64,000 bases of DNA from Paraspadella gotoi (taxonomy: Eukaryota; Animalia; Chaetognatha), in NCBI GenBank assembly GCA_051294375.1, contig CM119265.1, forward strand, positions 18,586,631 to 18,650,630. The letters are read 5' to 3'. The translations under genes were made by a program, and so were the position numbers. The notes under the pieces were generated by a model. That model had not been told where the DNA came from. It saw only the letters and a list, made by a program, of their open reading frames with translations, and did no database searches. Of the stretch, positions 1-15,100 are shown piece by piece. How positions within the stretch are numbered: the first letter of the stretch is position 1; the number at the start of each line of letters is the position of its first letter.

Positions 1-131
1 ACGACTTATGCATTTTTTAATTTGGCAACACTGATTGATTCTTATGCTTCTTGGATTTGTGGTGATGTCTATTTTTATTTTTCATCTTTAAAATTATATT
101 TTTTCATAAATACTTTTGTACATGTTTTTAG

Positions 132-3100
132 AATCGCGCTCAAAAGCTCTGGAAGCAGGGTTTGAATAGGCAGCGTGTTATAAATCGGTTTCACAAAATC
201 ATAATGGTATTATAAATGTTTTCGTGTTAAATTTGTATAATATGTACATAAACAGTGGTAATTTTATATTCCATGGGAACTGGGAAATCTAAATTTTTGT
301 TGCGCCGTTTCATATGAATCTTTAATAGAGCAAACGTCTACATAGTACCTACTGTGGTGGACTAAAATCCAGCAACCGTTCATCAGTGACCATTGGTGCA
401 GGAGGCTAGTCATTCCCCTCCTAACCCAAAGGTCCGGGGTTCTAGCCGGGTGGTCGCCTCGCAGTTAAAAGGGACGGGGCACTTAACCCGCCTGTAACAC
501 GGTGTTACAGCCTGATTCAAAGCTCAGAGACTGCTGATATAGAATGGTTCTGTCACTAACTCATAACAATTATTACTGTCTCTTCATTGGTGAGCTCGAC
601 TTTCGAACATAGCAACAACAACACTTTCAGGTGACATGCTTTAACCTGGCAACGCACTTTCTGCCAACAACACATCAGGCGACATGCCTCAACTTGGTGA
701 CGAACTTTCCACAACCAATTCACTGAAGAGACGCAACAGACTTATCCCTAGGGGAGGGGGGATGTATGGTGGATTAAAATCCACAAACCATTTATCAGCG
801 GCCATTAGTGCAGGAGGCAAGTCATTCGCCTCCCAACCGAAAGGTCCAGGGTTCTGTCCCGGTGCTCGCCTAGCAGTTAAGAGGGATGGGGCGCTTAACC
901 CGCCTGTAACACGGGGGTTACAGCCTAATCCGAAGATCAGGGACTGCTTATAATTATATTGAACGGTTCTGTCACTAACTCATAACATTTATTACTGTCT
1001 CTTTAGTACATATGAATACATGCAACTTCTCTGGTAACGCTTTAAAAAAAGAATTCTATTACCGTCTGACTTTTTTGGGTTCGTTTGTTCGTACACTAAA
1101 TTGTTGTTTATAGTGAAAAATTTAAGGAGCCTGCATTGGGAAATTTAGGGCGACACTTTACTTTCTATAAACGCATGAATACTCGAGCTTTCTTTGATAT
1201 AGTTTGCGGTCAAAATATTTTCTGTTTGTTCACGTTCTCAATTCTTTTCCTACTAGGAACGACCCAATTCTCACAAGGCCAACCTGATAAGCGCCGAGCA
1301 CTTGTTGGCCGTGGACGCGGCGACGACCCGTCGTAAAATCAGTATCATGCCGAAGATATTGGACGAAGACGAAGACGAAGTTGACGAGGCCGCGACGGCC
1401 ACGGAAGCGCCTTCGTCGTCGCTGCTCGAAAAGAAAGAATCGCTGGAGGAAGAAGTTACAGACTTAGAATTCGAGATGGAAATCGTCCAACTTCGATTGC
1501 TGTATTCCAACGTTCTTGGTATTTTCATTCTTTGGCTTATGCTACATGGGTGGGGACCATAAATCTGGACAAAATTTTAAAAAATCATTACTCTATTGTT
1601 AAGGATTTTCGAAATATGAATAAAGATTCAAATTATGCTCTTTCTTAACTTTTAGCCGATACATTAATTGTTTTGAATTTCTTTGATAAAATACTTATTT
1701 TGATGCAACAAATCCAACTGCTCTGTTTTCTCCGCGCGGTTTGGAAGAAAACTGTTTGATTACTTATTGTTTAATCACAATGTCTACAAATCCAATTCTA
1801 AAAAATGCCATATAAAATTATTAATAAAAATGGTTATTTATAATATAAGAATGATTTTGGATGGTATGCATTATATTTTTGTAAAAAAAATATTGAGGTA
1901 GTAGGGAAGGTTCGGGTAAGTTACTATTATAGTCCAATTAGCTGAAATTAAATGACATTAAAGAGAAGACATACTAATATTTTTCAGTGGTTATTTTTGA
2001 ATATGATTGTAAGTATAGCTTTCAAACTATGCAATGTAATGCGCGCGCATAAAAATGACTAAATGTTTTGAAAACATCCACAACGCCCTGTAGTTGCTTA
2101 CAAATTTATTTTATTTCATTGCATATGAAAAAATGACCGAAAAATCTTTTAGCAATCATTTTATTATTGTATCTCCAATCGTTAAGACGGGTCAAGTTTT
2201 GTACATATATATGGTCCCACCTGTGTATATATCACTCTTCTCCTCGGTTAATGTAATGGCATTTCTTTACAGAGGTCGCGACGCCATCCCTTGGCGTCGA
2301 CGTGAACAAACTCGGGGCCAACTTCATTATGAGAACCTCGGGGAACACGGTCAACTGTCATCTAGGATTCGTTTCGTTGCGAGTCAGTACTAGGATTAAT
2401 TTTTAAAAAAATTGAATTTTAAAAACGTTTCCTTGATTTAATTTTCCTTGCTGTTGCAGTGTTATCCTAGAAGTGGGAACGACAAGTGTGTTGATTTATT
2501 ACAAGGCCCGATCAACAAGGAAGAAGTGAACGAGCTTATATCTGTTTCGGTCGTTCAAGCCAATCCAAAGATGCCGGAATTCTTGTCGGTGTACGAAGTA
2601 CGTTATCTATATCATGGAGTTAATTTAATTTGTACTTTTTATCGCCGCAATAGCTTGCGCTAACTACATTATAGATCGCCTTTTCATAATAGTGTGTACT
2701 TGGTGATGAGAATATTTATCTAAATTTTCAGCTTCATACAATGTTTTTCATAATCGATAATTTTATAGCGATCCTAATATTTTTGTCGTATTTATTAATT
2801 AGATAAGTTTAAATAAATGTATATAAATTAACTATAATATAGATCGCCTTTTATAAAGGTGTGCAATTGTATGAAGTTAAAAAATTAGATATTGCTTATC
2901 ATCAATTCGATAATTATTTGATAATGATTGATGTTTTTTTAATATTATTCCCTTTGTTTAACCTCATTTATTTATTCTTATTTTTTATATATGCAGCCAA
3001 GTTTGTTATGTATAAAACTTAGTTTTCCTGTATCAAATTTGATTTTTTTGAGTATCAATGTTTGGCATGGGACTAGATTTTTGCTATACGATTGCGACGA

Positions 3101-6100
3101 TCCTCATGCTTTAAGATTTTTTTGATATTTCCCTTTCGACTTTAGAACACCGAGATTTATATCAAAGGTGCCTTCACCGATCTCATCATCTTTGCCCATC
3201 AAGAAGCGCTTCTTCACCTTATATCCGAAATGACTGGTGTGTCAAGAAAAATTTGATTTCCCCTTTCAGATCCAATTAGAGACGATTGACATTTGTTTTC
3301 TTCTTAGCCTTGACAAAACTTCAGGAGTCTCTGGCCGAAAAGGCGAAAATTTTGAATCCGGAGAGCCAAAAGATTTTGAGTCGATCAAGTAGCTTGTCCA
3401 GAAGTTCCCTTGGAAGGAGCATGACATCACTCAGTTCCGCGGGTAAAATATTTTTATGAACTGGCACGAACTGTGTGAATTGTTGACAAGTACATAAGAT
3501 AACTTAAGCATTGGGCATCAAACAAACCAGGCTCGAAGATGCTTTCCAGTCGAATTTCTTTCGACCATCAACGAATTTGGAAAAAAACGGAAAAAGTGAC
3601 GCCGACGCGCGTTCGTCTTCAGGCTAGCGTCGGCAAGGTAGAACTGAAGCTTGGAGGTTCGACGGAAGCGCTCAGCCAGATTCAGGTGAATAAGACTCTC
3701 TCAACTCTTGATTGACGTTTCAATCTCATTTTCACTTGTATTTTTTTAATTTCCTAGTTTTAAATATTTCCTGCTCAATGCCTTCTCCCCATTCTTTTTC
3801 ATAGTTGGATACCTTTAAAGCGGATGTGATGGTCAAGGACGATGTGATTGACGTAGATGCTTCCATGAGTTCATTTTCCATCAGCAATACTCTTCCTGGA
3901 ATTTACAAATATTTTCTGCGGGTAAGTGTCAGACGTCGTACTACGTATTTGATTAAAACGTAGATCTTTTCCGTCAAAATTATTGTTGTCGTAATATACA
4001 TAATATACATTGTATATATTACTTCAAGCAAGAGTAGTTAAATCATCGTATTCAAACTAAATGTTAATGCGAACGCTTTTTCTTATTTGAATTTGAAACA
4101 AAAATTCAGCCCTGGCTTAGGGATGACAAATGCCTTTTGTCCGTCTCATTCAAACTTTTTCCAAAAAACAAAGAAAAGGATCGAAGAGATATGGGACTGG
4201 TCGACATGGCTTTGACTGTCAGGTCCAAAATTGTTTAAATTGTAACTTTTTAATAAAGTTTTTTAACATTTTGGAAAATTTTTATTTTTATTCAGGATGG
4301 GACAAATTAATGTTTACATTCTCACAAAATTTATGACGAGGCTGTTATCATGGATAAGTAAATTCCAAGTAAGTATTTTTTTCAAATCGGAGATCGAATC
4401 ACGAAATGCTCGTGGGGAAAAAACCATAAAGATATCTTTTTTTCAGGCCGATCATTTGGAAATGCTTAAAGAGTCGGCCTCTCAAGCTGCAAATAACGCA
4501 GTGATTACGGCGACCGAAGTAGCTGTCGAGAATGCCACTGATAGAATTAAATTGGACATCGTGAGTTATTTTTCTATGTTTCAACCGAAAAGGCAATTAA
4601 ATGAATATTTCACCTATTCCACATCAGACGATCGACGCTCCCGTGGTCATCATACCCACCAAGAGCTCCAGTTCTCACGGTTTTCTTCTAAACATGGGTT
4701 GTTTGGAAGTGAAGAACAGTTTTCACTTCGGTGGAAAATACAAACCCGAAAAGAGTGACGGAAAGAGTAATCTATTTTCTTTTTGAAATTTTCCCGCTGA
4801 ACTTCGTCTTAAGTAGCATATTTTATCCTAGATGAGACTGACAAAACGAAACATCATTATCCGATTCCGGCGGAACTTGACAAAATGACAATCATCATTA
4901 AGGATACAGAATGCAGACGTGATAAAGATCTTCACTTAGGTCGGTATTAAAGGATTAAAAATGAAAAAAAAAAACAAACTTGAAGTGGTGCAATGTTTTT
5001 CAAACATACGATTGATATTGACAGATTCTTGGTGTTCGAAGTCCAAATCATCCGCCATGCTTCATCCGACTGACATGAAGATCATTTTGTCCAGAAATCT
5101 TTCTCACTGGTTTCACAAGGTGCCTCAAATCGAAGTTGAAGCTGACTTGGGAAATTTAGATTTGCAGATCAGGTAAATGAAATATCTGGTGTTAAATGAA
5201 ATGATTTGTGTGTAGACTTTCTCTTCGTTGTTGTTAGAATTTAGGAAAACAGTTTTTAATTATTACAACGATTTTATTGACATGATAAGTCGGACATGTT
5301 TAGACTCTTGACAGTATTCATCACACTTGCTGATGAAGACTCTAAAATTGTTTTTTCCTAAATGAACAAAATTGTTATTTCTTTCCAAGCGACAAAGATT
5401 TGTTGGACGTGATGAAAACCCTCAACGAAAATGTTAAGGAGGGAACTGCTGACATAATGATTGAGTCAACGGCCGGTTCTAAAGGATCTACGAAGAACCT
5501 TTCCTCAGAAGAGTTATTATCGGAAGAGGTAGCCTTTTGCAATTCGAGGATTCTATCTTTTTTACTCTTACTAAACTCTCCTAGCAGACCTACGTAACTA
5601 GAAGTTTTTAAAATGGGTTACTCCCCGTGATTGCGATGACACTCAAACTAAAAGTTTTTAAAATCTTTTCAGCGGAAAGACGAAGTTCGCTCCCAGCGCC
5701 AAATCGACGAGCTTGAATCGTCCCTTGTCGACGTCGCGGACCTTAAGGTGGGACTCAAACTCAAACGGGTCCAGTTGACGCTGTGCAAGGCCATCACTGG
5801 TGATTCCGAGAAGACAGACGTGACGACCGATCTTTGCCGGTTCTCTACCGATGACCTGGTAATGTCTATGACCCAGTTTCGGAACGAGACGATGGAAATC
5901 GAATTTCGACTGCGGGACATTAATTTTTTTGATTGTCGGGAGTCGAGTCGAGAAGGCGTGAACAGAATCGTTCGTAGGTAACTAGTAGCTTGCACTCGTT
6001 TTTACACGCACAGATATATTCTCAATTACTCACCAAGCGCTGTTTTTAACCCAGGTTAGTTAAAAACAAATCCTCGGACGCGAATGATGTAGTCAAATTT

Positions 6101-9100
6101 CGGTATTCAAACCGCGAAACTGCCTCAAAGGACCAAACCATTACCATCGCGCTTCAACACCTTCACATTTGCCTCTCTCTCGAGTTCCTCGTCTCCCTTA
6201 ACAATTTTCTCGTTGGTGCCGTCAACAACTCTGCCAAGCATCTCGAGTCTCTTCAGCGTCTCCAACAAATGAACGAAGTGGGGGATTCTAAAGGCTCGTC
6301 TACAGAATCGCGACTGCGACGCGTGTCCAAGGACGTCACGGACCGCGCGGCGCGGAACTTTTCCGTTGTCACCGCGTCGACATCGTCCCGTTCCCCGGTT
6401 ACGAATAGTTCCGCGGAGAACGATGCTGCTGTTGTCAAGATGCGCGTCCACCTTCTTCAACCGGAAATCGTTCTCATCGCCCAAGCCAAGACTGTCTCCT
6501 CTAAAGCCGTTCTGCTTCACGCCGACATCGTCGTCAACTTTTTACAATCGAGCGAAAAGCTCAACGTTTCTCTAGAACTGCAGGATTTGGCGCTACGTCA
6601 TTTAAAATACAACGACGTTGTCAGTGGAAACGAGAAGTCTGGCAGGGAAGTCTTCAAGCCCTGCTCCGTCAACGGTGAGGATGGAGTTTTTATTTAAATT
6701 TTGGACTGGTTGCTAAAAAGCAGTTAAAAATTAAATCTTCTTTTAACAATAGTGATGTTAATCAATCCCAAAAAACACGGTTACAAAGTTGACGTTTTCA
6801 TCAGCAAGTGCATGGAGTTGGACATTACTCCAAAGGTGGGCAGTCGGTAAGGTGGTTTTTTTCCACTGGCCTAATGTATTTTTTTGTCGCAATTGTAGCT
6901 CATAAACACGATATTTGTGGCGATGGATCCCTTGAAAAACTTAGAGACTCTCAATCTATCAACGTCGGAAAAGAAGAAAACCCTTGTCCCTGGTGACATT
7001 TGGAAAAAGTCGAAGAACCAAGACAAGTTCTGGTTTCTTAACGAAATCGAAGAGGCCGTCGAAGCCACGGAATTGATCGATTTTCCCGGAAAAGGTGAGC
7101 TGTGCTCGCCGTATCCACGATGTTTAAAAAAATTGATGGCAGATAAGTGTTTATGAAAACTTACGCTGCAGAATTTCCACCGCCCGAACTCATTCACAAA
7201 GACCAATTTGTGATGAAGGCCTCCGCTTCTTTGAAGATCAGTGCTGATTCGGCCGATTCATCGATTCCTCTACTAATCTGGCACACCCAATTCAACCTTA
7301 ACCTTAGGTAGGTTGAAGAAGCCAATTCTTTTTTCCTCTGAATTCTAACAATTGATACCCTTTTCATGTTTTACTTAGCATTGAAACCTTCGTGGTTAAA
7401 CAGAGGTATATATTATATTATTTTATTTTAAACAATTTAGTAATGTTTGTTTTATTTTTTTCGTTTGTTTTTTCTTACCACAGACAAGAAATTATCATAC
7501 ACTCGGTGGGATTAGGTATCCAATCTCCCGAATTTTGATTATGATTGAACTTGATTTGTAGTACAGATTTTATTAAGAATCTAGCAGCAATGAATACTAA
7601 TCAGTTTTCTCTTACAATGACCTTCAAATTGATATTATTTAAAAAATTATTTACTAATGTGATTACAATTTACAGGGATTTTTCCTGCATGAAAATGAAC
7701 GCTGAGCTCACATTGGAAGGTTATTACTACAACGATACTGTCTCGTCGTGGGAACCTCTGATAGAACCGATAATGAAAAACGTGAGTTTAATCTCTATTT
7801 ATTTGATATTCCAATAATAAATACATAATACATATGCAATTATTCATCGTTTTACTTATCACCAGATTTTCTCGAAGAAATCTAAGAAAAAGGTATTTTA
7901 AATTTGTATTGGAGCGACAAGAAGCTTCCAGTTTCTAACTTACCTTGTTTTCGTTGATATTTTAAATATAACGCAAAGTGGGAATTATACGGAAGGATTG
8001 CCCATTAGCTCTCTTACAGTTACACTTTCGTGTTTGAATACAGGTTACAATTACTTACCTTGGCAGGCTATATTAAGTACATATAGCGCAGCACAATTTT
8101 GAATATATTGTATTAAATACAATCTATTGATTATAAAACCTAATATAAAGGCTTAGATTAGAGCTCAATTAATTATAGCGTGAAACCTCTACGTATGACG
8201 ATTGACGAGTATGTATTTGATTTTCTCTTCGCGCAAGACTCAACCAGTTCCGTGGGAAGTTCGGGTGGAGTTGGCGACGGAGAGTCCCTCCAAGAGTCCT
8301 TCCGATTACACGGACAGCGAGATCGACGATGTGGATGACATTGAGCTTGTCGACGTAATGCAACCAAGGATGTCGGTCACGATCTTCGCCGAAGAAACTT
8401 TGGAGGTGAACTAAAAGATTAAGCTTTGCGCTTCTATTTTTTTCCTTTTTACTTTTATTCACGCGATTCTTTTCCAGGTGACCATTTCGAACGCTTTGCT
8501 TCATCTCGTGGAGACGCTCCAAAATGAGTTCACTCAAGCCGCGTCGCCGGAAATTCCCGACGAACCCACTTCCCCATTCGTGATCAAAAACTTTACGGAT
8601 GTCAGTGTCAGCGTTAAACTTACCAGAGATTTCATAAATCACGAGGGTGGGTTTAAAAATTTTTACATAAATTTTTCGAAAAAATTCAAGTTTTTTTTTT
8701 ACAAATTTGACAGATTTGCTGCTTCTGGGAGCGGGAGATTCGCACCTTCTTTATCCCAGTCTCGACGACGACCCCACAGTTCTCGACGTCGACAAAACCG
8801 GTGGTCGTCTACGACCAAGGAGTCTTTATGAAAACCTCAGCAACTCCTCTAACCAAGGAAAAAAACGCCTCACGGTTTTGATGCCCAAGTCTGGCGTCGA
8901 CCTCACGTTGGACGTCGAAAAGGTTAAGAATTAACTAAATTTACTTGTTAAATGACGTGACATTGAATGTACCTATCATTCTATGATGAGAGTAATCATT
9001 TGCTTTTAATTTCCGTTAGTTTTAATAATTAAACAATAAACATTCTTGCATTAAAGCTTGAGAGCGACTAAATTTGAATATTCATTGTTAAAGAATCACA

Positions 9101-12100
9101 TTTTCTCTTGAAAATGACAACACTTTAATATAAGACTAATGTAATGTTTTTGTCATTTAAAATAAAATATGTTCTCTTATACTGCTTAACGTAAATCGGT
9201 TTCTAATTTCAAATTTCGTTATTGAATCTGCAGCCGGAATATCGAGTCATCCCAATGGCTTCGGCGAAAGAGATCGATGCATTGTTGGGCGACGCTAAAT
9301 CAAGCATCCACGAAAAATTCAAATCGATCGTTTTTCGCGTTTTCAAACCGCGTCCTGCCTTAACGATAATGGAGATAAGAAGCATCGCCAGGTTTTATTA
9401 ATTCTAATCATCACCATATCATTCTTTTTTTTACTGATGTTAAAATTCTTTTTCCCCAGCGTCACCAACCACCTCCCTATCGCCTTTGACCTGTTGCCTT
9501 TCGGACTCGACTCGGCCGACGATTTGCCCCCGCTTCGCGTGGCGCCGAACTCCGATATCTCCATTCCACCAGCGCTCATTCACGACGACCGACTTCTATT
9601 TCGGTTACGCCCTGCCTCGACGGCCGGATCTAGAGTAGGCGCCTACGAGGCGGCGCGCCATGAGCTCGGCATCAGGACCGTCGTCAGGGAGACGTCGTTG
9701 TTGGACGCAGACCTCACCAGGAAGATATTGACGCTTGTTTGTCGACCCACCGCCGGTTAATGAGAAGAGTATTCTCTTTCGTATAATTTTTCTTAAAATT
9801 AACGATGTCAATTGTTTTCCGCAGACGCCAACTCTTTCCCAATCGTCGTCAAGGTAACGATCACTTCTCGCATGGCGCCGGTAAACAACTTGGAAAAGGA
9901 AGTGATTGATCTCGCCTCGTCCAATTGCTACGTCCACGTTTTTCGAGTTGAGCTACAACCTATCTGTATCTTGCACAACAAGTTGCCAATTTCTGTCGAG
10001 TTTAAACAGAAAATCTCTGATGGAGGCCCATTCGAAACAATTAAACCAGGTGCTAAATTAAAATGTTTTAAGTTTCAGTTCTCGGTACTTTTTTTTAAAT
10101 ATCGTAACTAAATTTTTAAATTATCCAGGCTCATTGGTTTCCATTTTTGCCATGGAACCGTCAACGCCGTCTCAGGAAGAGCGCATCCACCTTCGCCTCC
10201 CGTCCTTCAACGGCTCCGCGTGGGAAGCCTTCGTTCCTTCAGTCGCTTTCGACGACATTTACGACGAAACCTTTCCTTACGAAGCTGACGAGGACGGAAA
10301 AACGAAGACCGCGTCCCTCGAGTGGAGAGTCGAAGGCGCCGTCCAGTCGTCCTCGTCGTTTTTTATCTGCGGACTTAGGATTTCCGCTGAATACGCGGAC
10401 GACGAAATTCCTGTCGCTTCGGTATTCAGCAAATACTGGGTCGTTAATCACACCGAAAAGAAGTTGAGGTAGTAGATGTTGAGAATAAAATGAGCTCACG
10501 TGTCTCCTGCTACATTTCCTCTTTCTTCGCTTTAGTTTCAACTTGCCATTCAAAAAGACACGCAGTTGGGTCTCGGGATTTTTGGGAAACGACCCCCTTC
10601 CACTTCCTTACAAAAGCGACGAGGATTCGATGAAAAAGATCCAAGTCGCCGTCGAGGATTCTCAGTTTTCCACGGAATTTTCCGTCGACGCAGTTGGTTC
10701 GTTAATGAATTTGAAGAGAAAACTTTTGTAGTAACTAATGATATTATTTATAAAACTTTGGTAGTAACTAATAATATTATTTATAAAAATTGCATACGAA
10801 TTGTAGCCCTAATTTATCGTTTTCGTATGATTTTTTTTCTATTCTATACAGCCCCTGGTAAGAAAACGAATGTCCCGAAAATACAGCTTTTTACACATTC
10901 CGCAGTTTTCAAGCAAGGGATGACTAATTGCCGTGCCTAATTTTAGTTTACGGGATAATAGCGGGGTGACATACTAAATACTGAGAGTTTTAAGCTCTGT
11001 TTTACTTTTTTTTTCACCCGGTATTTCCGGGATGACAGGGTCCACCATAAAGCTGGAGTGTAAAGATTCAAAATCTCACTACAATTACGAGTTGGGATTT
11101 TCTATTTCTATCTCCACTTCGGCAATGTGCACAATCCTCACTTTCAACGCATTTTACCTCGTCGCCAACAAGAGCCCATTCGAACTTGGCATCAGAGTAA
11201 GTGCTAAACGAGAGTATGAAGGAAATTAAGTTGAAGAGATTAATCCGAGACCTGTCCTGCAGGAGGTTATCGATGACACGCCGGACGCACCCTGGATGCC
11301 CGTTCCGGCCAACGGAGGTGTCATCCCCTTTTGGCCTCATCCTTCCAACCACGATATGCGGGTGCAATTGTCGCTAGTGGAGGAGGGAGTCTCTACCGCC
11401 ATTTTCGTACTTCTTTCGGACGAAGACACGTTATTGGGCACTCCCGCTAGCAAGCAGACCGCAGGAATTAATGTGCGGACAGCGTCGTCGGGTGCGTTGG
11501 CTCGTGGAAAAATCCTTTTAAATATAAGTATAATGAATGTTTTGGTGAATTGTCTTTTCTAATTACAGAGACTGCAACCGTTTTGACACTGACCGAATAC
11601 GAACCTGGCATGGCGCCTGCCCGCGTTATAAATCACACTTCGAAACTGATTCAACTTTGTCAAAAAGGTGAATAGTCTAGACGATTTCCACTCGAGTTTG
11701 GAAAAATTTTAATCAACTGTAAAAATTACACAGGTTGTTCCGTCACAACGCTGCCACCCGGCGAAAACTTTCTTTTTTCGTGGCGCGATCCGTTAGCGCG
11801 ACGTCAATTTACTTGGCGTTGCGGAGCCCACTCCGGGGAGCTGGCTCTGCTAAAAGACCAGAATATGGCGTTTAGCAGCGATCTTTTTCTCCGTTGCTTT
11901 TTGGACGGACGGCAGAGGACACTTCTTTTTTGCGAAGACGCTGCCGCCATAGATCGAACCGTAAACGTAGCCGAGTTGGAGAAGCTGGACCTGGAAGTCA
12001 CCGCCTCATTAAAAGGTGGAAAACAGATTGATTAAAAGTATCGATAAAAAGCACGCGTCTCAAACAAAAGGCTTCCTGAAAATTAGAATTAAATACAACC

Positions 12101-15100
12101 AAATTTTACCTTCGTGAATTGTTCTTTTGTAAAAAAAAATGATTTGGCTCTTCCGCGATTCGTTAGGTTTCGGTTTGTCGCTGGTCGACTCGAATCCTCG
12201 CCGCGAGGTGGCTTACATGGCGGTGACGTCGTCTATCGTTTCTTGGGAGTTCCAACGGCGTAAGAGCAAAAGGTTCAAACCGTTCAAACCTAAAGATTCC
12301 TTAGACTTGGAAATCGCTTACCAAAAATTCCTCGCCATGATTCAAGCAAAAGGTTAGTTTCCATAATAGTTCTTTGTTAGGGGAGTGCGGGGTAATTCGG
12401 AACACTTTTGGAAGTAATCAAAACTTGCAAAAGATTAGTACTCAATTTTTTTTATTTCATTTTATATATATTCCGAATTACCCCCGTTCCGAATTACCCA
12501 GCACTACCCAAGTCATTTTATTTTTAGCCAGATCTGCTTACAGCAGATTCGGCTCTATAATTTACTTTGTTGGTCCGTCGGTCCGCCCCACAATCTTGTC
12601 AGTAAGTCAATTATATCATCTCAGAATATCGAATTATGAAAAATTATGCAAAAAAAACGATGTCCCTCCGTCCATCTGTCTGTTTGTCTGTCTGTCCCCC
12701 ATTAGCATTGAACGCCAAATACTCATGAATGGATCGGGCGATTGACTTGAAATTTTCTGTGTGTAGAAAAAAGTGTGATTGAGCTGGAAATCAAGTTTCG
12801 ATGGAATCGTCCAAGTAGAAGTGAGTTTAAATGGAAAAAAACTATTAAATATGCTTTTTTTTTATATTAAATGTAAATGCGAGCTGCATTAATTAATCAA
12901 TTAATCATTTGTTTGATCAATCAATTAATCCAACAATAAATCAATTAATCCAACAATCAATCAATCAATCCTCGTCAGTGTTATCGTCATCGTCGTCGTT
13001 TCTTTTGTCGTGGTCAGTGATGAAAAGACCAAAAAACAAACAATGATTAATCAATTAAATAATTAATTAATTAATTAAAAATTAAATACCGCTTATGATC
13101 GTGGGCAGATCCGGCATTGTTTGCTCAAACTTGTTCTAAAGAGAGTTGTGTAAAATATCTTTGCTCAGCCATGGGCGTGGCCAACATTCGAAGCTTCCAC
13201 GTCAACGACCGGATGGAGGCGGACTTTAACTTCATGTACCTCTCACGGCCGACCAAAGCGAAGATCCGGCGAAACTTCAACACCGCCGTGTGGGCACAAT
13301 ACCGATGCTCCTGCCATTCAGTGCAGCTTCATTTAAAGGTAACCTGCAAAGATTGAATATGGATAATGGAGCACCTATTTGAATGTAGTTTAAAGCGCAA
13401 ATTAATATGGCAGGTTCAGAATCTTCAAATCGATAATCAACAGAAAGGCTGCGTTTTTCCCGTCGCTTTCGCCCCTGGTAAATCTTAGAGTATTTTATCA
13501 ATTTGCTGATTAAGCGTTTTATACGAGAATTCAATCATTTTTTGTCATTCCAGTTGCCCCTTCCTCCCTTAATTTAATTTCTTTATTCGTCACAGTTCCT
13601 CCACCTGTGAGCGTGAAGGCTGACGAAGGAACGAAACCTTTCGTCGAAGTCTCGTTGATTGTCAGACTCTCAGACTTTTCTGATCTAAAACATATCAAGC
13701 TTTGTCAGGTGAATATAAGATAGATTTCCTTGTGCCTCTTTAACAATTTCATATTGATTTATCTTTTCTGTCCAGGTGCTGGTCCAAGAAATGCACCTCA
13801 AGTCTGACATGGCCTTCATCGCCGGCCTGACCAGCCTTTTCGACTTCCAGTCAGACGAAGAAGAGCGTAAATTTACCCGTGACCTCGACGCCCTCCGAAC
13901 CCTTTCAATCCCCGCTTCCTCGGAGGGGGAAACTAGCTACTTCGACCTGCTACATTTATCACCTCTCAAGATTCACCTGTCCTTTTCGCTAAGGTCTTAA
14001 CTTATTTTTTAGGAATTTAAGTCTTTAGTAATTAATTTTAACTGATTAATAATTAGTAATAATCTAATTTTCTATGCAGCGATGAATCCGACAATAAGTC
14101 TAAATCGATGATCGTCAGCAACCCCGTTTTCAAAGGGCTAACTGTGATGACCGACATTCAGGTATGTGTTACTTTTACTTTTTCAATGACAACGACGAAC
14201 GAAAAGCTTAGATTAAACAACAAAAAATATTCAGGACGTCATTTTCAAGCTCAACTATTTTGAAAAGCAGCAACGGTTTTTGACGATTGGCCAGATCGTC
14301 GAAGAAATGACGCAGCATTATACCAGACAGGCAATCAAACAGATGTGAGTAAAATAAACGAGTCTTTTTTTCAAAAAAACTATCTTTTGATTTATATATA
14401 TTTATTTCCCTCTGCTATAAGGTACGTTCTCGTGTTTGGCCTAGACTTTTTGGGAAACCCTGTGGGACTCGTCAAAGATTTGGGCGGTGGCGTTAAAGAT
14501 CTCTTTTACGAGCCGTACCAAGGCGCCATTCAGGGACCCGAAGAGTTTGTCGAAGGTCTTGATGATTTCCCCTCCCCCGTCCCAGTTATTTTCTTGGGGA
14601 ATTTTAAAAATATTTTCTGTTTAATTTTTCCTTCAGGCTTAGCTATGGGCGTCCGCAAGGGTCTCGGAGCCGCGGTTGGCGGCGTTTTCGGCACGGCTGG
14701 AAAAATCACAGGTGCGGCTGGCAAAGCCTTCGCCATTCTCTCGCTGGACGAGGAGTACCAGAGGAAGAGAAGATTGCAGCAACAGAAACCCCCCGCCGAC
14801 CTTGGGGAAGGACTTGCTCGCGGTGGCAAAAACTTCCTCAAAGGGGTCACCGAGGGGATTTCCGGAGTGGTGCTGAAGCCTATTCAAGGTGCCAAGGACG
14901 ATGGCGCCGTGGGCTTCTTCAAGGGCGTTGGTAAAGGATTGATTGGCGCCGTAGCGCGGCCCGTCAGCGGCAGTCTCGATCTCGTCTCAACCACTGCCGA
15001 GGGAATCAAAAACCAGTCAAATATGAAAGAAGAGGTTAGAAAATGTTGTAATAGTAAATGGGAGAAGAAATTATTATTATTATTATTATATCATCATTAT

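Noticed and set aside
366-395. CTGATGA on the minus strand as a hammerhead core
   Set aside because: There is no stem II or GAAA downstream, and copy 2 reads CTGATAA.
386-457. Functional tRNA genes at 386-457 and 798-869
   Set aside because: The D, anticodon and T arms are mispaired, the anticodons differ between copies, and both sit inside a longer repeat. Treated as SINE heads.
684-953. 89-aa ORF
   Set aside because: It runs through a non-coding repeat copy and is not preserved in the other copy.
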